A stretch of DNA of 64,000 bases from positions 762 to 64,761 of the forward strand of contig WRIL01000008.1 of NCBI GenBank assembly GCA_009782775.1, read 5' to 3'. This stretch comes from Desulfovibrionaceae bacterium. GTDB lineage: Bacteria > Desulfobacterota > Desulfovibrionia > Desulfovibrionales > Desulfovibrionaceae. Position 1 is the first letter of the stretch. Every line of letters starts with the position of its first letter. The notes under the pieces are model-generated. The model was not told the DNA's origin. It saw only the letters and a program-made list of their open reading frames with translations, and ran no database searches. The position numbers were made by a program, and so were the translations under genes. Of the stretch, positions 9,844-19,374 are shown in pieces.

Positions 9844-11037
9844 ATGGGCAAGGAAAAATTCATTCGCACCAAGCCGCACGTCAATATAGGCACCATCGGC
9901 CATATTGACCACGGCAAAACCACGCTGACCGCGGCCATCACCAAGGTGGCCCATTTGCGCGGTCACGGCAAATTCAAGTCTTTTGACGAGATCGACAAGG
10001 CCCCGGAGGAGAAAGAGCGCGGCATCACCATCTCCACCTCGCATGTGGAGTATGAAACAGAAAATCGCCACTATGCGCATGTGGACTGCCCCGGCCACGC
10101 CGACTACATCAAAAACATGATTACCGGCGCGGCCCAGATGGACGGCGCCATCCTGGTGGTGGCGGCCACTGACGGCCCCATGCCCCAGACCCGCGAGCAT
10201 ATTCTGCTAGCCCGCCAAGTGGGTGTGCCTTCACTGGTGGTCTTCCTGAACAAGTGTGACCTGGTGGATGACACGGAACTCCTGGAACTGGTGGAACTGG
10301 AAGTGCGCGAACTGCTCTCCAAGTACGGCTATCCGGGCGACGACATCCCGGTCATCCGAGGTTCGGCGCTGAAGGCTCTGGAAGTCAGCGATGCCGCCTC
10401 CGATGACGCCAAGGGCGTGCTGGAGCTTCTGGACGCCTGCGACAACTACATCCCCCAGCCCAAACGCGATGTGGAGAAGCCCTACCTCATGCCCATTGAA
10501 GACGTCTTCTCCATCTCCGGCCGCGGCACGGTGGTGACCGGCCGGGTGGAACGTGGGCTCATCAAGGTCGGTGAAGAAGTGGAAATCGTGGGCATCCGCG
10601 ATACCCAGAAGACCACCTGCACCGGGGTGGAAATGTTCCGCAAGCTCCTGGATCAGGGACAGGCCGGTGACAACGTGGGCATACTCCTGCGCGGCATCAA
10701 GCGCGAAGAAGTGGAGCGCGGCCAAGTGCTGGCTGCCCCCAAGTCCATCACCCCGCACAAGAAATTCAAGGCCGAGGTCTATGTTCTTTCCAAGGACGAA
10801 GGCGGCCGGCACACCCCCTTCTTCTCCAACTATCGCCCGCAATTCTATTTCCGCACCACGGACATCACCGGAGTGATCCAGTTGGCCGAAGGTGTGGAAA
10901 TGGTCATGCCCGGCGACAACTCCACCTTCATCGTGCAGCTCATCCACGCCATAGCCATGGAGCAGGGGCTGCGCTTCGCCATCCGCGAAGGCGGCCACAC
11001 GGTAGGCGCCGGGGTGGTCACGGAAATACTGGAGTAA
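9844..11037 (+). CDS. tuf: Elongation factor Tu
   Basis: [28 protein letters not shown]..., [15 protein letters not shown] at 9844 is the conventional start; the track ORF begins 2 codons earlier at TTG. Confidence 0.97.
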   Translation: MGKEKFIRTKPHVNIGTIGHIDHGKTTLTAAITKVAHLRGHGKFKSFDEIDKAPEEKERGITISTSHVEYETENRHYAHVDCPGHADYIKNMITGAAQMDGAILVVAATDGPMPQTREHILLARQVGVPSLVVFLNKCDLVDDTELLELVELEVRELLSKYGYPGDDIPVIRGSALKALEVSDAASDDAKGVLELLDACDNYIPQPKRDVEKPYLMPIEDVFSISGRGTVVTGRVERGLIKVGEEVEIVGIRDTQKTTCTGVEMFRKLLDQGQAGDNVGILLRGIKREEVERGQVLAAPKSITPHKKFKAEVYVLSKDEGGRHTPFFSNYRPQFYFRTTDITGVIQLAEGVEMVMPGDNSTFIVQLIHAIAMEQGLRFAIREGGHTVGAGVVTEILE

Positions 11038-11043
11038 AACCCG

Positions 11044-11193
11044 ATGCGCGTGAACATACTGCTGGCCTGCACCGAATGCAAACGGCGCAATTACTCCACC
11101 AGCAAAAATAAAAAGAACACCACCAGCAGACTGGAAATTAAAAAATTCTGCCCGTGGGACAAGAAGGTTACCCTGCACCGCGAAACCAGGTAG
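11044..11193 (+). CDS. rpmG: 50S ribosomal protein L33
   Basis: Own translation: [49 protein letters not shown] (49 aa). Below the ORF-track size cutoff. Canonical position between tuf and tRNA-Trp/secE. Confidence 0.9.
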   Translation: MRVNILLACTECKRRNYSTSKNKKNTTSRLEIKKFCPWDKKVTLHRETR

Positions 11194-11231
11194 ACGCCCG
11201 GCGCCGGCCAATCCGGCGCTGAGGCTTGCGT

Positions 11232-11307
11232 AGGGCAGTAGCTCCAACGGTAGAGCGGCGGTCTCCAAAACCGTAGGTTGGGGGTTCAAATCCCTCCTGC
11301 CCTGCCA
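11232..11307 (+). tRNA. tRNA-Trp (anticodon CCA)
   Basis: AGGGCAGTAGCTCCAACGGTAGAGCGGCGGTCTCCAAAACCGTAGGTTGGGGGTTCAAATCCCTCCTGCCCTGCCA. Anticodon loop CTCCAAA. Confidence 0.93.
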
Positions 11308-11319
11308 TTTTGAGGCAAT

Positions 11320-11568
11320 ATGATTGCAAAAAACAGCAAAAACGACGAAGCCCGCAGGATTGGTCTGACCCAAAAGATCGACCTGGCCCGAACCTACTTT
11401 GAAGAATCCAGGACGGAGCTGAAAAAGGTCACCTGGCCCACCCGGACGGAAGTGCGGGTAACCACGCTGGCCGTGCTTATCCTTGTCGCCATAATGTCCA
11501 TATTCCTCGGCGTCATCGATTACGCGCTGGTCCGGATAGTCCAGATCATAACCTCGCTGGGTGTGTAA
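11320..11568 (+). CDS. secE: Preprotein translocase subunit SecE
   Basis: 82 aa with ELKKVTWPTRTEV motif followed by a single TM helix. Lies upstream of nusG. Confidence 0.9.
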   Translation: MIAKNSKNDEARRIGLTQKIDLARTYFEESRTELKKVTWPTRTEVRVTTLAVLILVAIMSIFLGVIDYALVRIVQIITSLGV

Positions 11569-11569
11569 G

Positions 11570-12124
11570 ATGAACGAGAATGAAACCGGCCAGCCTCGCA
11601 AACGCTGGTACATAATGCATACATACTCCGGCTTTGAAAACCGGGTGGAGCTGACCATCCGTGAAATGATGCGCACCGGACAGGATGCCGGGGCCATCGA
11701 AGAGGTGATCATCCCCACCGAACGCATCATCGAGCTGGCCCACGGCGCCAAAAAAACTTCCACCCGCAAGTTTTTTCCAGGTTACGTGATGGTGCGCATG
11801 ACCATGAACGACGCTTCCTGGCACCTCATCCAGTCCATCCCCAAGGTGACCGGCTTTGTGGGCGGGAAAAACCGCCCCACGCCCATGCTGGACAGCGAGG
11901 CCGAACGTATCATCGCCATGATGGAAACACGGCACGAGCAACCCCGGCCCAAGTTCAACTTCGAGCGTGGCGACGAGGTGCGGGTGATTGACGGTCCCTT
12001 CGGGGGCTTCAACGGGATGGTGGAAGACGTCAATTTTGACAAGGGTAAACTCCGGGTTTCCGTATCCATCTTCGGCCGGCAGACCCCGGTTGAGCTTGAT
12101 TTCGGACAGGTTTCCAAGGGTTAG
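11570..12124 (+). CDS. nusG: Transcription termination/antitermination factor NusG
   Basis: [19 protein letters not shown] start and C-terminal [27 protein letters not shown] at 11570 lies just after the secE stop. Confidence 0.93.
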   Translation: MNENETGQPRKRWYIMHTYSGFENRVELTIREMMRTGQDAGAIEEVIIPTERIIELAHGAKKTSTRKFFPGYVMVRMTMNDASWHLIQSIPKVTGFVGGKNRPTPMLDSEAERIIAMMETRHEQPRPKFNFERGDEVRVIDGPFGGFNGMVEDVNFDKGKLRVSVSIFGRQTPVELDFGQVSKG

Positions 12125-12154
12125 GAACCTGTTCGCTTAATAAGGAAAAGCACC

Positions 12155-12577
12155 ATGGCCAAAAAAGAAATCGCCAAGATCAAACTCCATCTCCCCGGCG
12201 GGGCGGCCACCCCTTCTCCTCCGGTCGGGCCGGCCCTGGGGCAGCACGGCCTGAACATCATGGAGTTCTGCAAGGCCTTCAACGCCAAAACCGCAGATCA
12301 GAAAGGCACGGTTATCCCTGCCGTGATCACGGTTTACCAGGATCGTTCCTTCAGTTTCATAACCAAAACCCCGCCAGCCCCGATCCTGTTGCTCAAGGCC
12401 GCCAAAAAAGACAAAGGCTCCGGTGAGCCCAACCGCAACAAAATTGGCACGGTCAGCCATAAGGATGTGGAGGACATCGCCCGCCTGAAGCTGCCGGACC
12501 TGACCGCCAAGGATCTGGAGGCGGCCAAGCGTTCGATCATCGGCACGGCCCGGAGCATGGGCCTTGATGTAAACTGA
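12155..12577 (+). CDS. rplK: 50S ribosomal protein L11
   Basis: [43 protein letters not shown]. Confidence 0.96.
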   Translation: MAKKEIAKIKLHLPGGAATPSPPVGPALGQHGLNIMEFCKAFNAKTADQKGTVIPAVITVYQDRSFSFITKTPPAPILLLKAAKKDKGSGEPNRNKIGTVSHKDVEDIARLKLPDLTAKDLEAAKRSIIGTARSMGLDVN

Positions 12578-12668
12578 GGCAAACTAACGTTTAATCAACC
12601 GCACTGCCGGTCGTCCCGGACGGGCAAACCGGCAGGAGATTCAAACGAGTGAAGGTAAGGTGGGTATA

Positions 12669-13376
12669 ATGCCCAAACATGGAAAAAAATACCGCAAAAC
12701 TGTGGAAAATATTGATCTTTCGGTCAAGCTCCCGGTGGAAGACGCTGTAAGCAAGGCCCTCAGCGCCTCCTACGCCAAGTTTGACGAAACGGTGGATTTG
12801 GCTCTGCGACTGGGGGTTGATCCCAAGTATTCCGACCAGATGGTCCGCGGGGCCATCGCCTTGCCCCACGGCCTTGGCAAGACCATGCGGGTGGCGGTGT
12901 TCTGCAAGGGAGACAAGGAAGCAGAAGCCAAGGCGGCCGGGGCTGATTTTGTGGGCGGCGAAGATTTGGTGGCCAAGGTCAAGGAAGGTTTCTTGGATTT
13001 TGACTCGGCCATCGCCACGCCTGACGTAATGGCCCTGGTGGGGCAGATTGGGCGTATCCTCGGGCCGCGCGGCCTGATGCCCAACGCCAAGACCGGCACC
13101 GTGACCATGGACGTGGGCAAGGCGGTCAAGGAAGTCAAGGGCGGCCGGGTTGAATTCCGGGTGGACAAGGCCGGGGTGCTCCATGCCCCCTTGGGCAAGG
13201 TCTCCTTCGGGCCGGAAAAAATCCTGGACAACCTCAAAACCCTCCTGGCCGAAGTGAACCGTCTGCGCCCCTCGGCGGCCAAAGGCGCCTACATGACGGG
13301 CATGGCGGTTTCCACCACCATGGGACCGGGGTTCAAGGTGGACCCGGCGGCGCTCGGCAAGTTCATCGAAAAATAG
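12669..13376 (+). CDS. rplA: 50S ribosomal protein L1
   Basis: [16 protein letters not shown]... ATG at 12669; the track ORF starts 3 codons earlier at GTG. Confidence 0.95.
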   Translation: MPKHGKKYRKTVENIDLSVKLPVEDAVSKALSASYAKFDETVDLALRLGVDPKYSDQMVRGAIALPHGLGKTMRVAVFCKGDKEAEAKAAGADFVGGEDLVAKVKEGFLDFDSAIATPDVMALVGQIGRILGPRGLMPNAKTGTVTMDVGKAVKEVKGGRVEFRVDKAGVLHAPLGKVSFGPEKILDNLKTLLAEVNRLRPSAAKGAYMTGMAVSTTMGPGFKVDPAALGKFIEK

Positions 13377-13522
13377 GCCGGGCCGAAATATTGGCAGAGG
13401 ACATAGAATTCCCGGGTCGAAGACAGCAGGCGTACGGAAAGAACCTTTCCGTCCTTAATCTCCTGCCGAGATGCTTTTTGGCTCAGTAATTCTACCAGCA
13501 ACACCCAATTCAGGAGAGTCGA
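13377..13522 (+). promoter_or_regulatory. Probable L10(L12)4 autoregulatory mRNA leader upstream of rplJ
   Basis: 146-nt untranslated spacer between rplA and rplJ with nested stems (GCAGG..ACGGAAAG-AACC-CTTTCCGT..CCTGC). This position holds the L10 leader in many bacteria. Not verified against a covariance model. Confidence 0.4.
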
Positions 13523-14041
13523 GTGAACAGAGACGAAAAAGCCGCAGTGATCGCCCGGATCAAATCCACGGTCAGTGACGCGCCCATCGCGGTGGTTTCC
13601 GACTTCAAGGGCATGCCGGTGGAAGAAATGACGCAACTCAGGGTCAAAATTCGCGCTGCGGGCGGCGAGCTCGTAATCGTGAAAAACACCTTGGCGCGCA
13701 TTGCCTTTACCGGCACCAAACACGAGGCGATCAAGGACATGTTCCGCGAAAATTGCGGCGTGGCCGTCGGCCATGAAGATCCTGTCGCCCTGGCCAAGGC
13801 TGTCACGGACAGCGCAAAAACCAGCAAAACCCTGGTCATCAAGCACGCCAGCCTAGAGGGGCAGGTGCTGAACTCCAGGCAGCTGGAAGACCTGGCTAAG
13901 CTCCCCGGCAAACAGGAGCTTCTGGCCATGACCCTGGGCACGTTGAACGCCGTGCCGACCAACTTTGTGTCGCTTTTCGGCAACATCATTCGCGGGCTGC
14001 TCTACGCGCTTAAAGCCGTGGAAGAAAAAAAGGCCGCCTAG
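13523..14041 (+). CDS. rplJ: 50S ribosomal protein L10
   Basis: (GTG)[40 protein letters not shown]. Confidence 0.95.
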   Translation: MNRDEKAAVIARIKSTVSDAPIAVVSDFKGMPVEEMTQLRVKIRAAGGELVIVKNTLARIAFTGTKHEAIKDMFRENCGVAVGHEDPVALAKAVTDSAKTSKTLVIKHASLEGQVLNSRQLEDLAKLPGKQELLAMTLGTLNAVPTNFVSLFGNIIRGLLYALKAVEEKKAA

Positions 14042-14063
14042 CCAAAAATCAAGGAGAAAAACC

Positions 14064-14450
14064 ATGTCCTCGTCAGTCACCAAAGAAAAAGTTGTGGATT
14101 TCATCGCCAACATGACCGTGCTTGAACTTTCGCAGTTCATAAAGGAACTGGAAGAAAAATTCGGCGTTTCCGCAGCCGCCCCGGCCGTGGCCATGGCCGC
14201 GGTCCCGGCTGCCGCAGCCGCCCCGGCGGAAGAGGAAAAAACCGAATTCGACGTAATCCTCAAAGCAGCCGGCGCCAACAAGATCAACGTGATCAAGGTA
14301 GTACGAGCCCTGACCAGCCTGGGCCTCAAGGAAGCCAAGGACAAGGTGGACGGCGCCCCCTCCAGCATCCTGGAGGCCGTGGCCAAGGACAAGGCCGAAG
14401 ACGCCAAGAAGCAACTGGTGGAAGCCGGCGCGGAAGTAGAGATCAAGTAA
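14064..14450 (+). CDS. rplL: 50S ribosomal protein L7/L12
   Basis: AAGGAGAAAAACC-ATG at 14064; [35 protein letters not shown], Ala/Pro hinge, then ...[22 protein letters not shown]. The upstream extension in the track ORF (13965) overlaps rplJ. Confidence 0.95.
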   Translation: MSSSVTKEKVVDFIANMTVLELSQFIKELEEKFGVSAAAPAVAMAAVPAAAAAPAEEEKTEFDVILKAAGANKINVIKVVRALTSLGLKEAKDKVDGAPSSILEAVAKDKAEDAKKQLVEAGAEVEIK

Positions 14451-14482
14451 GTTTACGCCGGAATTTTCCGGCTTGGAAACAC

Positions 14483-14521
14483 GGGCCGCGACGGATGTGT
14501 TCCGGCGCGGCCCGCTTTTTT
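14483..14521 (+). terminator. Rho-independent terminator after rplL
   Basis: GGGCCGCG-15 nt loop-CGCGGCCC followed by GCTTTTTT. Confidence 0.7.
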
Positions 14522-14538
14522 ACGGCGGGAAGGGGGAG

Positions 14539-15630
14539 CTATTCCACTGCCTCCCGGATCACTCCGCCGCCCACCAACAAATTCTCTAAATAAAAGACCA
14601 GGGACTGGCCCGGAGCCACCCCGGATTGGGGCTGAGCGAAGTCCACGCGCAACCGCTTTCCGTCCGGTTCCCAAAGCGCCCGCGCCAGCGCGGGCGGCTG
14701 GGAGGAGCGCAGACGGACGGTGAGTCCGGGGTGTTCCAGTTCTCCGGGGACAGGCAGACAGATGTCTCCTACCAGGCAAGCCCGGCTAAGGCTTTGGGCA
14801 TAAGGGCCGACGCGCACCTGGTTGCGCTCAGCATCCACCCCGATCACATACAAAGGGGCCGGCGCGGCCAGAGCCAGCCCCTTGCGCTGTCCGGGGGTAA
14901 AATGCCAAAAACCCCGGTGCCGCCCGAGCGTCCGCCCGGCCGCGTCCACAATATCGCCGGGGCGATCTTCCAGGTTCAAAAGTTTCGCGTGCTCCCCGGA
15001 GTAAAAATCCTGGCTGTCCGGGGCATCGTGCATAGGCAATCCCCGTCCGGCGGCCAGGGCGCGCACCTCTTCCTTGCGCATGTTTCCCAGAGGGAAAAGC
15101 GTCCGTCCCAGTTGCTCCTGGTTCAGGCGGTATAGAAAATAGGACTGATCCTTGCGCTGATCCTGGCCGCGGCGCAAGCGATACAGGCCGGATTCAGGGT
15201 CGCGCTCCACCCTTGCGTAATGGCCGGTGGCAAAATACTCGTGCTCCAGTCCGGCCGCGCGCGCTAGGGACGGCAAAACCCCGAACTTGAGCAGAGGGTT
15301 ACAGCGCACGCAGGGGTTGGGAGTTTGCCCGGCCAAATATGTCTCCCGAAAATAGTCCAGGACCAGCTCCCGGTACGGCCCGGAGCAGTCAAAAATTTGG
15401 TGCGGGATACCCAGAAGCCCGGCTAGGGCAACGGCAAAGGCGATATCCTCTCCTTCCCCGCAATCATAGCAGCCCTTCCGTGACCCGGAACCCGCCGGCC
15501 CGTCATAGACCGACATGGTCACCCCGGTCACTGCGTAACCCTGCTCCAAGAGCAACAGGGCGGCCACCGAGGAATCCACCCCCCCGGAGAGACCAACCAG
15601 CGCCCTAGCTTTATGCGGACTTGCAGTCAT
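14539..15630 (-). CDS. mnmA: tRNA 2-thiouridine(34) synthase
   Basis: PP-loop VGLSGGVDSSVAALLL and CNPLLKFG motif. 363 aa. Confidence 0.92.
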   Translation of the reverse strand: MTASPHKARALVGLSGGVDSSVAALLLLEQGYAVTGVTMSVYDGPAGSGSRKGCYDCGEGEDIAFAVALAGLLGIPHQIFDCSGPYRELVLDYFRETYLAGQTPNPCVRCNPLLKFGVLPSLARAAGLEHEYFATGHYARVERDPESGLYRLRRGQDQRKDQSYFLYRLNQEQLGRTLFPLGNMRKEEVRALAAGRGLPMHDAPDSQDFYSGEHAKLLNLEDRPGDIVDAAGRTLGRHRGFWHFTPGQRKGLALAAPAPLYVIGVDAERNQVRVGPYAQSLSRACLVGDICLPVPGELEHPGLTVRLRSSQPPALARALWEPDGKRLRVDFAQPQSGVAPGQSLVFYLENLLVGGGVIREAVE

Positions 15631-15752
15631 AAAAATTTAGCCTATTATATCACTCGGACAACGCGCCCCAAAAGAACAAATAACTCCGGCCAGGTCAAGC
15701 TTGGGCAGCCGCCGGGAAGAACTCCGTTTATACATGATCACAGGAACAAGGC

Positions 15753-16709
15753 ATGGCTAAAATTTACCCGGACAACGCCAGCTCCATCGGAGGCACTCCC
15801 CTAGTCAGGCTGAACCGAATTGTCACCTCCAAAGCAACGGTCCTGGCCAAGATCGAGGGACGTAACCCCGCCTGTTCCGTCAAATGCCGGGTAGGCGCGG
15901 CCATGATCCTGGACGCGGAAAAACGCGGCCTGCTGAAGCCCGGCTGGCGCATAGTCGAACCCACCAGCGGCAACACCGGCATCGCCCTGGCCTTTGTCGC
16001 CGCGGCCCGCGGCTATGAACTCATCCTGACCATGCCGGAGAACATGAGCCTGGAACGGCGGAAAGTACTGGCCATGCTGGGAGCGAAGCTCATCCTCACC
16101 CCCAGGTCCGAAGGCCTGGCCGGGGCCATCCGGCGGGCCGAAGAAATTGCCGCCACCGATCCGGCCGGCTATTTCATGCCCCAGCAATTCCAGAACCCGG
16201 CTAATCCGGCCGTCCATGAACAAACTACCGGCCCGGAAATCTGGGAAGATACCGGGGGAGCGGTGGATGCCCTGGTGGCCGGGGTGGGCAGCGGCGGAAC
16301 CATCACCGGCATCTCCCGCTACCTCAAAAAAACTCGTGGCCGAAAAATTCTCTCCGTGGCCGTGGAACCACGGACCAGCCCGGTGATCACCCAACACTTG
16401 GCCGGTATCCCCCTTCAGTCCGGTTCGCACAATATCCAGGGCATCGGCGCGGGTTTCATTCCCAAGACCCTGGATCTGTCCCTTCTGGACTTGGTGGAAC
16501 AGGCGGGCGACGAAGAAGCCATTGAATACGCCCGCCGTTTGGCCAGGGAAGAGGGCATTCTGGCCGGCATATCCTCCGGGGCGGCCGTGGCCGTAGCCGC
16601 AAGGCTGGCCGCCAGCCCGGAATTCGCGGGCAAGACCATCGTGGTCATCCTACCGGACGCCGGGGAACGCTACCTTTCCTCCGCCCTTTACGCGGGGCTG
16701 GGAGAATAA
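15753..16709 (+). CDS. cysK: Cysteine synthase A (O-acetylserine sulfhydrylase)
   Basis: [19 protein letters not shown] (PLP Lys), [22 protein letters not shown]. Confidence 0.92.
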   Translation: MAKIYPDNASSIGGTPLVRLNRIVTSKATVLAKIEGRNPACSVKCRVGAAMILDAEKRGLLKPGWRIVEPTSGNTGIALAFVAAARGYELILTMPENMSLERRKVLAMLGAKLILTPRSEGLAGAIRRAEEIAATDPAGYFMPQQFQNPANPAVHEQTTGPEIWEDTGGAVDALVAGVGSGGTITGISRYLKKTRGRKILSVAVEPRTSPVITQHLAGIPLQSGSHNIQGIGAGFIPKTLDLSLLDLVEQAGDEEAIEYARRLAREEGILAGISSGAAVAVAARLAASPEFAGKTIVVILPDAGERYLSSALYAGLGE

Positions 16710-16741
16710 CCCATGCGCCTGAAAGCAGACACGCCGAAAAT

Positions 16742-18118
16742 ATGTCACCTGCCGGTAAAATAGCCGTCATCGGGGGAGGACTGGCCGGCTGCGAGTGCGC
16801 CTATGCCTTGGCCGCCCAGGATCTTCCGGTTACCTTGTTTGAAATGAAACCAGAACGCTTTTCTCCGGCCCACCGCAGCCAGGATCTCGCGGAACTGGTC
16901 TGTTCCAATTCCCTGCGATCCGATGACCCACAAAACGCTATCGGGCGCCTTAAAGAAGAACTGGCCGCCCTAGACAGCCTCTGCCTGAAGGCCGCCCGCG
17001 CCTGCCGGATTCCGGCGGGCAAGGCCCTGGCCGTGGACCGGGAGGCCTTCAGCCACGAAATCACCCGGCGCGTCACAGACGACCCGCGAATCAACCTGAT
17101 CCGCCGGGAAATCCGCAGCCTGAACCCCGACGAGGACAGCGCCCTCGCCGGATTCAGCCATCTGGTGGTCGCCGCCGGCCCCCTGGCCGCCCCAGATCTT
17201 GCCGCCAGCCTGGCCCGCCTCACCGGAGACGGACAACTCTACTTTTATGACGCCATCGCCCCCATCGTCCACGGCGAATCCCTGGACCAGGAACGCATCT
17301 TCCGCGCCTCACGCTATGAAAAAACCGGCGACTACCTAAATTGCCCCATGAGCCACGAGGAATACCTGGTCTTTTATCATGCTCTGCTGGAGGCGGAAAA
17401 GGCGGCTACCCATGATTTTGAGGAAGAACGGCATTTTGAGGGTTGCATGCCCATTGAAGCTTTGGCCGCACGCGGGGAAAAGACCCTGCTCTTCGGGCCG
17501 TTCAAGCCGGTGGGACTGACAGACCCGGCAACGGGCCGCCGCCCGTTTGCCCTGGTCCAGCTCAGGGCGGAAAACCTGAACCAGGACATGTTCGGTCTGG
17601 TTGGCTGCCAAACCAAGCTCCTGCAAAAGGAACAGAGACGAATCTTCCGGCTGATCCCGGGTCTGGCCCGTGCGGAATTCGCGCGTTACGGCAGTATGCA
17701 CCGCAATACCTACATCAACGCCCCGACGACGCTGAACGCGGATCTCTCCCTGCGCGCCGCCCCGCACATCTTTCTGGCCGGGCAGATCACCGGGGTGGAG
17801 GGTTATGTGGAATCCATAGCCTCAGGCCTCTGGCTGGGGCTTTCCCTTGGCGCGACCCTGCGCGGCGTTCCTCTGCCTCCGCCGCCTCCGGAAAGCGTCT
17901 TGGGTGGGCTCTTGGCCCATCTGCAAACCCCGGCCAAACACTTTCAGCCCAGTAACGCCCAGTACGGACTTACCCCAGCCCTGCCGCCCCCAGATCAAGC
18001 GGACAAGGCAAACAGGCCTGACAAAAAACTTCCCAGAACATCCAGCCGCGAGCGTTATGCCGAGCGCGCCAGAACCTCCTTCGCCGTCTGGCTGAACAAG
18101 GCGAACCTATGCCGATAA
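16742..18118 (+). CDS. trmFO: Methylenetetrahydrofolate--tRNA-(uracil-5-)-methyltransferase
   Basis: VIGGGLAGCECAYALA FAD fold, ELVCSNSLRSD, FLAGQITGVEGYVES. Confidence 0.9.
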   Translation: MSPAGKIAVIGGGLAGCECAYALAAQDLPVTLFEMKPERFSPAHRSQDLAELVCSNSLRSDDPQNAIGRLKEELAALDSLCLKAARACRIPAGKALAVDREAFSHEITRRVTDDPRINLIRREIRSLNPDEDSALAGFSHLVVAAGPLAAPDLAASLARLTGDGQLYFYDAIAPIVHGESLDQERIFRASRYEKTGDYLNCPMSHEEYLVFYHALLEAEKAATHDFEEERHFEGCMPIEALAARGEKTLLFGPFKPVGLTDPATGRRPFALVQLRAENLNQDMFGLVGCQTKLLQKEQRRIFRLIPGLARAEFARYGSMHRNTYINAPTTLNADLSLRAAPHIFLAGQITGVEGYVESIASGLWLGLSLGATLRGVPLPPPPPESVLGGLLAHLQTPAKHFQPSNAQYGLTPALPPPDQADKANRPDKKLPRTSSRERYAERARTSFAVWLNKANLCR

Positions 18119-19362
18119 GGGCGCAAGTTTCCATCATCATTCCGGCGCTGAACAAATGGAATCTGACCAGAGACTGCCTGCGCAGCCTTCGTGAACACAG
18201 CCCTCTGGAGGATTGTGAAATCATTGTGGTGGATAACGGGTCCGCCGACGCAACGGCTACCGAACTGGAACCTTTGGGGCAAGGACTTTTCGGCGAACGC
18301 TTCCAGAGGCTGCGCCATGAGGAAAACCACAACTTCGGCCCGGCCTGCAACTTGGGGGCCGAGGCTGCTTCCGCCCCCTTGCTCTTTTTCCTAAATAACG
18401 ACACCCTATGTTCCCCCGGCTGGCTCCCGCCTTTGCTGGAAGCCCTGCGGGAAGAAAATGGGCCGGCAGCCGTGGGGCCGCTTCTGCTCTACCCGGATGG
18501 CCGGGTGCAACACTTGGGGGTGGGTTTTGCCCTGCGCACGGTCAGCCATCTCTACCAGGGCTATCCCCGCAGTCACCCGGTGGTGGACAAAAAACGCCAT
18601 CTGCGCGCTCTGAGCGCGGCTGCCCTGCTCCTGCCCAAAGATCTGTTCCACGACTGCGGGGCTTTTTGCGAGGAATACCGCAACGGCTTTGAGGACGTGG
18701 ACCTTTCCCTGCAGATCGTCAGCCGGGGACACCGCCTGCGCTGCGTTAGCCAATCGGCCATCTTCCACCTGGAAAGCCAGACCCCTGGCCGATCCACCCA
18801 CGAACGACATAACGGGGAAATCCTCCTGGCCCGCTGCCGGGATCTGCTGGCTTCCGACCTGCACCTGCACGCCCTGCGGGATGGGCTGAAACCGACACTG
18901 GACGATGCCCTGGGGCTTTCCGTGCTCCTGTCCGAGGTCGAGTCCGCCCGCCTGTCCGCCGGGTCACGGAAGGAATCCCCGGCCTGGATGCAGGAGCAGC
19001 TTACGGCCAATCCCGGATGGCTCCTGGGGGCTCGCCTCCTGAGCAAAACATTTGAAAAACAGGGGCAGACGGATGCGGCCCTGCATTATGCCATGAAGGC
19101 CGCTGAAATACATGCCACCTTTGAAACCTTCGGCGAACTGCTGCGCCTGTCCAGAATGGCCGGACACGCGGAAATCACGGCCCAGGCCGAAGCCACCTTG
19201 AAAGATTTCACCAACCTGTACGACGGGGAAAGGCCGGCCATCACCCTGCTCCTTGCTCGGCATCAAAAGGAGGCCAGTAGTGATCCCGCGCTCCTCCGCC
19301 TGCTGGAAAACAAAAAAACTGAAATAGACCGCCGCCTGGCCAAGGCGCACTCCCATAATTGA
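18109..19362 (+). CDS. Family-2 glycosyltransferase with helical C-terminal extension
   Basis: VSIIIPALNKWNLTRDCLRSL...IIVVDNGSADAT and FEDVDLSL (DxD-like) motifs. 10-nt overlap with trmFO. Confidence 0.75.
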   Translation: MPIRAQVSIIIPALNKWNLTRDCLRSLREHSPLEDCEIIVVDNGSADATATELEPLGQGLFGERFQRLRHEENHNFGPACNLGAEAASAPLLFFLNNDTLCSPGWLPPLLEALREENGPAAVGPLLLYPDGRVQHLGVGFALRTVSHLYQGYPRSHPVVDKKRHLRALSAAALLLPKDLFHDCGAFCEEYRNGFEDVDLSLQIVSRGHRLRCVSQSAIFHLESQTPGRSTHERHNGEILLARCRDLLASDLHLHALRDGLKPTLDDALGLSVLLSEVESARLSAGSRKESPAWMQEQLTANPGWLLGARLLSKTFEKQGQTDAALHYAMKAAEIHATFETFGELLRLSRMAGHAEITAQAEATLKDFTNLYDGERPAITLLLARHQKEASSDPALLRLLENKKTEIDRRLAKAHSHN

Positions 19363-19374
19363 GGGGAAAAACCA

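Noticed and set aside
10231-11769. 512-aa minus-strand ORF
   Set aside because: It runs antisense across tuf, rpmG, tRNA-Trp, secE and the start of nusG, so it cannot be a real gene. This is a high-GC artefact.
15636-15650. Shared TTTAGCCTA(T/A)(T/A)ATAT motif upstream of cysK and again at 27268-27282 upstream of the S1 gene
   Set aside because: There are only two copies, and the match is largely a -10-like A/T hexamer. That is not enough to claim a common regulatory site.
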